From assembly GCA_050014495.1 (NCBI GenBank), contig JBEKDF010000001.1:64001-128000 (forward strand): DNA of 64,000 nt, read 5' to 3'. A model generated the notes under the pieces. It had not been told where the DNA came from. It did no database searches and worked only from the letters and a program-made list of their open reading frames with translations. Positions 58,301-64,000 of this stretch are shown piece after piece. Made by a program: the position numbers and the translations under genes. Within the stretch, counting starts at the first letter, position 1, and each line of letters starts with the position of its first letter. This DNA comes from Candidatus Bathyarchaeia archaeon (GTDB lineage: Archaea > Thermoproteota > Bathyarchaeia > TCS64).

Positions 58301-58491
58301 TGAACGGACTAATACTCCTGGCTAGCATACTACGAATCATCGGACAGACAACAGCTGATCAGTACGACAACATCCTCTTCTACCTAATGATCGCGCTCTG
58401 GATCATTATGCCAGTCTTCATCGTCTACGAGGAGATAACCGAGCGCAGGGCCCTCAGAGAAGCCGATAAATCGGAAGAAGGCACAGCTTAA
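58297..58491 (+). CDS. Small membrane protein coupled to the livM-like gene
   Basis: GTGA overlap with upstream stop; 64 aa with a TM helix. Confidence 0.65.
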   Translation: MMNGLILLASILRIIGQTTADQYDNILFYLMIALWIIMPVFIVYEEITERRALREADKSEEGTA

Positions 58492-58567
58492 CCATCCCAT
58501 TTTCCATAATTTTTTTCTTTTAAGCCACTGCAAGAATTAATAGGTATAAATATTCTAAAAAAAGCGG

Positions 58568-58939
58568 CTACTCCGTTGTTAGAGTGTAATGAACACCCAG
58601 ATTACTGAGAGCCACATCTATCCTTTCGATTAGGTTCTCGAGTTGCTTCAAAGTGGGCTTCTTATCTACCCACTCGAACATGAAGTCGTAGTCGCCGAGG
58701 AGCTGCTTCGCGTCGCTAATTATCTTCGCCGGCTCGTAGCAGTCAACGTAAGTATTCTTGAGGTTGTTTAGGTAGTTATTCCAATCTCGGTTGTCTACCT
58801 GCATCCGTGTGGGGTACGGTATGCATTTGTGGCTGAACTTTACCTCCCTCTCCTTGGACATCTCGACGGCTACACCCTCGAGAGCCTTGAGGGCCTTCAT
58901 GAGCGGTGGACCGTATATGCGAACATAAGTCTTAGCCAA
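58568..58939 (-). CDS. Hypothetical protein
   Basis: 123-aa ORF, TTG start, upstream TATA-like TTTTATA. Confidence 0.75.
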   Translation of the reverse strand: MAKTYVRIYGPPLMKALKALEGVAVEMSKEREVKFSHKCIPYPTRMQVDNRDWNNYLNNLKNTYVDCYEPAKIISDAKQLLGDYDFMFEWVDKKPTLKQLENLIERIDVALSNLGVHYTLTTE

Positions 58940-58993
58940 TCTAGTCGCCTAAGAATGCATGTAAGTGAGATAATATAAAATCTTTCCACCATA

Positions 58994-59182
58994 CTACGCT
59001 TTCGCGGTGTCTTCGCTCTTCTCTGACATCCTTTTCATTATGAGGCGGTATCTTCTATATTTGTCGTCCATGGAGAACTTCGCCGGGTGCGGTGACTTCA
59101 CCAAACCTCCGCATCTAGGACAATTGTCCCCCCTAAGCGTGTATGATCCACATCGCTCACATTTCCTGAGTAGCCAGACCAT
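58994..59182 (-). CDS. nop10: H/ACA RNP protein Nop10
   Basis: RKC..CG.YTL...CP.CG.....HPAKFS.DDKY..YR; start ATG 59182. Confidence 0.95.
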   Translation of the reverse strand: MVWLLRKCERCGSYTLRGDNCPRCGGLVKSPHPAKFSMDDKYRRYRLIMKRMSEKSEDTAKA

Positions 59183-59190
59183 CGGACACA

Positions 59191-59982
59191 CTACTCCCGT
59201 TTGAAGGAAATTGCACCTTCGTGGGTTGACCACTCCTTCTCCGCCTGCTTCACAATTCGGTCGAGGGCGAACTCAACCTTCTTGTAGTCTTCGGAGGTCA
59301 CCTCGACGCGATATTTGGGGGAGCCAAGGGTGTAGATTTTAACTGTCGATTCAAGTTCATCGCCGAGATCTTGGATCATTCGGAAAACGTCCTTGATTTC
59401 CTCAACGCCTTTATTGCCCATGGCAGAAACCTCAAAGACACCCTGAATGGTGACCCCCTTTACAATGATCTTATCCTTAGCGACGCTTGCAAGAGCTTCG
59501 GCAGTTTTAGCTTTGACGCCTATGTCTGTGAATATCGGTGCACCTTTTTTAGCGGATTGTTCTAGGGCGTCGTATAAGTTGATTTGAGCCTCGTTGAGCT
59601 GGGGACTAATCTCCGCGAACAGGTCCTCAGGAGTAACCTTGAGGTCACCAGCCGCTTGCTTTAGAAGGGTCTCTGCTTTGCGAGTCTTTTTCCACTGTTC
59701 GATCTTCTTTCTGCGATCGTCTTTGTTGACTCTACGAAGTGATAGATCGACCTGGCCTTTTGAGGGGTCAACTCTAAGTACCTGGAGGACAACTTTTTGG
59801 TTTTCCCTTACATGGTTCCTGATGTTTCGGACCCAGCGAGAGCTGATCTCTGAAATGTGGAGGAGGGCTTCCTTGTTATTGTATTCGTCCAGAGCCACAT
59901 AGGCACCGTAGGATTCTATTCGGCTGACGGTCGCTACTACCATCTCGCCTGTTTCCGGCCATTCGGCGTGCCCTAGGCTCAT
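59191..59982 (-). CDS. eif2a: Translation initiation factor 2 alpha subunit
   Basis: S1 domain GAYV.LDEY, HISE, DLSLRRV, SPKYR. Confidence 0.96.
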   Translation of the reverse strand: MSLGHAEWPETGEMVVATVSRIESYGAYVALDEYNNKEALLHISEISSRWVRNIRNHVRENQKVVLQVLRVDPSKGQVDLSLRRVNKDDRRKKIEQWKKTRKAETLLKQAAGDLKVTPEDLFAEISPQLNEAQINLYDALEQSAKKGAPIFTDIGVKAKTAEALASVAKDKIIVKGVTIQGVFEVSAMGNKGVEEIKDVFRMIQDLGDELESTVKIYTLGSPKYRVEVTSEDYKKVEFALDRIVKQAEKEWSTHEGAISFKRE

Positions 59983-59989
59983 GGGTTGG

Positions 59990-60187
59990 TCACCCTAGAA
60001 CTGCCATGATGGAGCCGTTAATCTCGGCCTTACCACCGGTTGGCCTCGCGATGACCTCTCCGCATGTGCGGCATTTAACCTCATGAGTCGCGTGGCTAAA
60101 TACGATTTGCTCAGACTCACAACTGAGACATTTTACCCTCAAAAACCTTGATGAGGGTCTTGGGATTAGGTTTTCCCACTCCGCCAT
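59990..60187 (-). CDS. rps27e: 30S ribosomal protein eS27
   Basis: P.S.FLRVKC..C..EQ.VF, C..CG...PTGGKA. Confidence 0.96.
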   Translation of the reverse strand: MAEWENLIPRPSSRFLRVKCLSCESEQIVFSHATHEVKCRTCGEVIARPTGGKAEINGSIMAVLG

Positions 60188-60188
60188 C

Positions 60189-60464
60189 TTACTCCAACTC
60201 CGCCTTCTTGAGTCTTAGTCCCTCGCGCATCAGGCTATGCTTGCACTCCTTGCACTGCAGCATTAGCGTGGTCTTCTTCGTGACCTTGGCCTGGTTGTGC
60301 TGCATCGGGAACTTCTGGCCACCGTAACCTGTCTTACGTATTGCTTGGTCGCGTTCACCCTTACGGGCGCCACGACGCTTCCCAGCTTTGTAAATAGTGA
60401 CAGTGAATTCAGTGTGCGTCTTGCATTTTGGGCAGAAGGTCCTGAGTGTTTTTGGAACTTTCAT
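60189..60464 (-). CDS. rpl44e: 50S ribosomal protein eL42 (L44e)
   Basis: MKVPK..RTFCPKC..HT, GYGGQK, C..C. Confidence 0.96.
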   Translation of the reverse strand: MKVPKTLRTFCPKCKTHTEFTVTIYKAGKRRGARKGERDQAIRKTGYGGQKFPMQHNQAKVTKKTTLMLQCKECKHSLMREGLRLKKAELE

Positions 60465-61090
60465 TGCGCTGTCTCTACTAGCTTGGCTATGCCCTTCCTT
60501 ATTAGGTTATCCGCATTCTGGGTGGGAAGAGAGGCGACGTCCTCAGCCTTGAATGGGCCGTATGTTTTCATGTCAATACCCATTATTGCTGGTAGTGGTT
60601 GGGTGAATCTTACTACTTTTAGGGTTTGCTCGCTCTTCTCAGTATGTATAGGTAAAGGGGATTGGGGTAGGTGAGTTACAACCTGTAACGGAGCGTATGA
60701 GGCTGAGGTTTCTACGTTGGGTTCCCTACCCAGCAAAACTTGTTTCATCCCCTGTGTATGTGTGGCGAGGAGGCGACGAAGCTCTACTTGGAGGAGTTTC
60801 TCTTCGGCGGTAAGGTTTAAGGATTCGACTGGCGTACCGTTGAGCTCTGCCATTACCAGCTTATTCAACCGGAGCCTGTTGAGGTCCGGGAGTATCCTCT
60901 CTACTTGTTCCCGTTCCTTTTCAATGAGTTTTCCCTTGATTGTAGTGTTTTCGAATGCTCTTTCCTGCTCCCTGAGCTGGGATATGTACCCCGCTACGCT
61001 GTTGTAGAATCCTTCGTGAAGGGGTTGAATGTCTGTTCTCTGTCTCTCCCGTCTCCATGCCTCGAAGATTATCTTGAATTCGTCTGTCAT
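60461..61090 (-). CDS. GINS complex subunit (Gins15-like)
   Basis: Helical A-domain (FY, R..K) plus B-domain YGPF..EDVA.LP..NA..LI; conserved position after priS. Confidence 0.85.
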   Translation of the reverse strand: MTDEFKIIFEAWRRERQRTDIQPLHEGFYNSVAGYISQLREQERAFENTTIKGKLIEKEREQVERILPDLNRLRLNKLVMAELNGTPVESLNLTAEEKLLQVELRRLLATHTQGMKQVLLGREPNVETSASYAPLQVVTHLPQSPLPIHTEKSEQTLKVVRFTQPLPAIMGIDMKTYGPFKAEDVASLPTQNADNLIRKGIAKLVETAQ

Positions 61091-62340
61091 TGGTCTATCC
61101 TTGCTCCCTTCTTGCACAGCAGGAAAATGGCGACTGCAAGTGGAACGGTGATGGATTCTTGTATGTAGGGTCCATATTCGGCGTCCCCTATCCTCACCTT
61201 CGGTGCGTGTCTGACATATATTTTCGCCTCCCCTGTTCTGAAAGCTATGGCGCTGGTCATGGGGTCATAATCTGGTAAGGAGTCTAGTTGGATGGTTTGG
61301 ACCTGCCATCCAGTCTTTCCATGCAGGGTATTCGGGAGGCGAATGAGACGGTGAATATCGGTGGTGACGACTGTGTCTATTTCCGCTGCTTGCTCTTTGA
61401 TGGCTATCCCCATGAGCTTCGCAATATCCGCCATAAGTCGCTCCTCATCGCTGACTCCGACCGCTTTGAGTAGGAGACTTGGGTGGCTCTCCTCAAGGAT
61501 GGTGAGGGCCTTCTCACGATTATCTATTAGTAGACTCGTGATCTTTCGCCCCAGCTTTAGGGCTTTTATCTCCTCAGGTGGCGTTGATGCTATGAAGTCA
61601 TAGAGAGCCCTGCCTGCTCTCCCACGCCACCCCTCTTCAGCGAGGGTCGACTTCCCACCTTTCGATCGGGGGTTGAAGCCGAGGTATTCAGATTTTATGC
61701 CGGTGCCAAGGATATAATCGACTACCTCACGTCGGCCTGATTGGTCGAGGCCTCGTACTCTTTGGTTGCGGACATGAACGTGGTAGCCGCGGTTTCCTGA
61801 GAAGTTCACCACGAGATCATTAGCAGGGCTGAAGCCGAAGTCTTGTATAAGTATGTCGAGAAGCTTCTGGGTCTCGTATTTCGCTGCCTGGAGGCACCTC
61901 TCGCAGAGCCAAGTCTCCTCCTCGAAGGCGGCTTTACCACACTTACATATCTCTGGTGGTTTCCCGGTGCCCTCCTCTCCGCAGTTTTTACACTTCCACT
62001 TGTCATGTTCGTGTTGGCATGGTAGGTTGAAGTGGTCCGCATCTATGTCGAAGACAAGGTCAGCTCCGCTCCATCCCTTTCCAGCCATGTCCGCCTCGGG
62101 GTGCTGATAGTAGCAGGAGCTGTGGTAACTGTGGGCGGGGCTATTTTCGGATAGATACCTATGGAATGTGCCCTCGTCGGGGAAGCCAATATGGCGGAAC
62201 ATTGTCTTCCCTCCGAATTGAAGAAAGGCAAATTCTCGCATTTTGATCTCAGTGGGGGCGGGTATAGTCCTCACATTTGATTGGTACCACCTATGGAACT
62301 GATCAGCTACAAACCTGGGACTACCCCAATCGGACTCCAC
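61087..62340 (-). CDS. priS: DNA primase catalytic subunit PriS with Zn-binding insertion
   Basis: REF, DLVFDIDAD, SGNRGYH, ID..VTTDIHRLIRLP..LHGKTG. Confidence 0.95.
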   Translation of the reverse strand: MESDWGSPRFVADQFHRWYQSNVRTIPAPTEIKMREFAFLQFGGKTMFRHIGFPDEGTFHRYLSENSPAHSYHSSCYYQHPEADMAGKGWSGADLVFDIDADHFNLPCQHEHDKWKCKNCGEEGTGKPPEICKCGKAAFEEETWLCERCLQAAKYETQKLLDILIQDFGFSPANDLVVNFSGNRGYHVHVRNQRVRGLDQSGRREVVDYILGTGIKSEYLGFNPRSKGGKSTLAEEGWRGRAGRALYDFIASTPPEEIKALKLGRKITSLLIDNREKALTILEESHPSLLLKAVGVSDEERLMADIAKLMGIAIKEQAAEIDTVVTTDIHRLIRLPNTLHGKTGWQVQTIQLDSLPDYDPMTSAIAFRTGEAKIYVRHAPKVRIGDAEYGPYIQESITVPLAVAIFLLCKKGARIDQ

Positions 62341-62396
62341 TGGTACTCAGGTAGATATATCTCTCGTGTTTTAAAACCAGTTTGGATGTAGGGGAT

Positions 62397-62522
62397 CTAC
62401 TTCTTCACGCCGCTGTGGGGGCACTTACCACAGAATTTTGGGTTGAATATAACGATGTTATTATATTGTGTGCAGAAGTGGAGACCCGTATTTCTCATCT
62501 TCTCCTCTGCGGTTTTAACCAA
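62397..62522 (-). CDS. Candidate Cys/His microprotein (41 aa)
   Basis: TTG start after AAGGA; MVKTAEEKMRNTGLHFCTQYNNIVIFNPKFCGKCPHSGVKK; fills the priL-priS gap co-directionally. Confidence 0.5.
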   Translation of the reverse strand: MVKTAEEKMRNTGLHFCTQYNNIVIFNPKFCGKCPHSGVKK

Positions 62523-62567
62523 ACTGGTCCTTTATTGGCTCGTCGCGGGGGTATTTGAGGTTTGAGG

Positions 62568-63611
62568 CTAAGGTTTCGTCCTTTGATAGGCTAAACGTCG
62601 AGCCTTTATCCGGTAGTAGCTGAGAGGATGCTTGATTCGTTCGCAGATGTCATCCTTATTTCGGCAGATACCGTGGGTTCGTAGGGTATCACATAGGGGA
62701 GGTGTGTATTTAGTACGGTTTCCCCGAACGCCGGCTATATGTTCAACCTGGTACTGGGTCATTGCGGGGTCGAAGTCGCTCACGCTTGTGTACAGGTCAA
62801 CGAGGCTATCTAGAGGCATCCCAACGGTTACTAAGAAGCTGGTTAGGGCGAAGCGCTCCATGTGACTGGCTCGCCTACCTGCGAGTAGTCCCTCCATGCA
62901 GTAGCGGATGCATGGCGGGAAGGCCTCGTTTATAACCTCAGATGGCAGATCCTCGCCGCCCAACCTCTGCCTATTCTCCTCAAATACCTTAGAGACACGG
63001 TCTAGACGTTGTTGGAGGGGTTCTGGTAAGGCAATCTTGGTAAGCTTTGAGACACGCTCCTTAATGAGTGTCTCTACCTCTCCCTGAATCAGCCGGGCAA
63101 CCTCACGCTGAGTAAGTAGTACATAACCGCTCTTCACTATTCGATTGACGAGCTTCCATTTGTCCTCGTGGAAGGATGAGGATGATCGTAGGTAGTCGTA
63201 GAAGTAAAGGCGGAAGTCGTATAGGACACCATCGTATTGTTCGCCGGAGTCAATTAGATCCCATTCGAAGTCGTTCTTCGCTATCTGTGCGAGCTTTTCG
63301 CGATCCTCCTCTTGAAGGAGGAAGTAGACTCGGACGGCTTCGGCGAGGGCATAACGCCTATTGAGGAATTGCTCCCCCTTGACTGAGGCGAACATCACCG
63401 CGACGGGAAAGCTAAGTAACTCCGTCATGTAATCGTCGAGTCGGTCGTCGACAGCGCCGTCCTCGATCGCCTGGACAATTCGCTCAGCAGCCCTGTCCAG
63501 GACCTTGGCGTATAATGGGTCGGCGAGGTCGTCAAGTTGGAGATTCAGAGCGTCCACTAGCTTCACAGCATCCCTGAGGAATGGGTACTTCGCCGCTTCC
63601 CTCTCCAGCAT
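62568..63611 (-). CDS. priL: DNA primase large subunit PriL
   Basis: YPFL, FPPC, H..RF, YQVEHI, C...C..C Fe-S ligands, HPL.YY. Confidence 0.95.
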   Translation of the reverse strand: MLEREAAKYPFLRDAVKLVDALNLQLDDLADPLYAKVLDRAAERIVQAIEDGAVDDRLDDYMTELLSFPVAVMFASVKGEQFLNRRYALAEAVRVYFLLQEEDREKLAQIAKNDFEWDLIDSGEQYDGVLYDFRLYFYDYLRSSSSFHEDKWKLVNRIVKSGYVLLTQREVARLIQGEVETLIKERVSKLTKIALPEPLQQRLDRVSKVFEENRQRLGGEDLPSEVINEAFPPCIRYCMEGLLAGRRASHMERFALTSFLVTVGMPLDSLVDLYTSVSDFDPAMTQYQVEHIAGVRGNRTKYTPPLCDTLRTHGICRNKDDICERIKHPLSYYRIKARRLAYQRTKP

Positions 63612-63876
63612 GTCCTTCAGCCCTCATGGGGTTCCAACTGAAAAAAGGCTTCCCCCCTCGGGGACTTATGACTTATTTAGACTTATTGATACGAGCTAGG
63701 AGCCAATATAAGAGGTTTCAATAGTTGAATTAGACCATCAGGTTCGGTTATCCACCAACGCGAGAAGGATCCCACACCTGCGAGGTACCCAATCATTAAA
63801 GTTGGTCCTATCGGAAATACTCGTCGAGAAAGAACCATTGGGTATAAGCCGAGAGCCTAGGCTTTTCACATTGAGT

Positions 63877-64000
63877 CTACTTCAAGTTCGTATCCGCAAA
63901 GTGCTTGAGGCGACGCAGCCCCTCGGGTGCCCATGTACGCCCATAGCTTATCCGGAAGTTGTTACCAGGATAGTTGAATACCATGCCTGGCCAAACCATG
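63877..64000 (-). CDS. C-terminus of a probable class I/II PLP aminotransferase (5' part outside the window)
   Basis: Hand translation ..VWPGMVFNYPGNNFRISYGR...EGLRRLKHFADTNLK*, matching the PG..F....FRI.. C-terminal motif. Confidence 0.6.
   Translation of the reverse strand, partial: MVWPGMVFNYPGNNFRISYGRTWAPEGLRRLKHFADTNLK

Noticed and set aside
63787..63844. TACCCAAT/ATTGGGTA inverted repeat upstream of priL
   Set aside because: An 8-bp match with a weakly paired interior; plausible by chance
1..64000. CRISPR arrays, rRNA, SRP/RNase P RNA, transposases, inteins
   Set aside because: No regularly spaced repeats or recognisable signatures; aIF5B, Cdc48, LeuRS and primase have normal lengths with no intein-like inserts

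Overview
Archaeal core-genome window. It is most consistent with a TACK lineage such as Bathyarchaeia; this is an inference from the archaeal-type EF-1alpha/aIF2/aIF5B, DGGGP synthase, short eL15, tail-less uL10 and the rpl12-alaS-leuS linkage. It carries about 70 CDS, dominated by translation and replication superoperons (ribosomal proteins, Spt5, SecE, FtsY, KEOPS, aIF1A/2alpha/2gamma/5B, Nop10, GINS, PriS/PriL), plus one tRNA-Val(CAC). Small metabolic and transport islets are interspersed: nucleoside hydrolase-PfkB-YbaK-racemase, GlmM/GlmU, a UGM-like flavoprotein with a GT2, a Liv-type ABC transporter, MFS transporters and a rubredoxin. No transposase, integrase or CRISPR array is evident. 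The most notable items are: (1) apparent in-situ replacement of the archaeal alaS by a short bacterial-type AlaRS, with a relic of the native C-Ala domain left before leuS; (2) a strongly folded multi-hairpin intergenic element at 6279-6395 that shares a hairpin with a second element at about 28.9-29.0 kb; (3) aIF6 absent from its conserved operon slot; (4) a eukaryote-type UGM-like enzyme; (5) a frameshifted ilvA-like gene, a CTG-initiated glmM and several unannotated microproteins.
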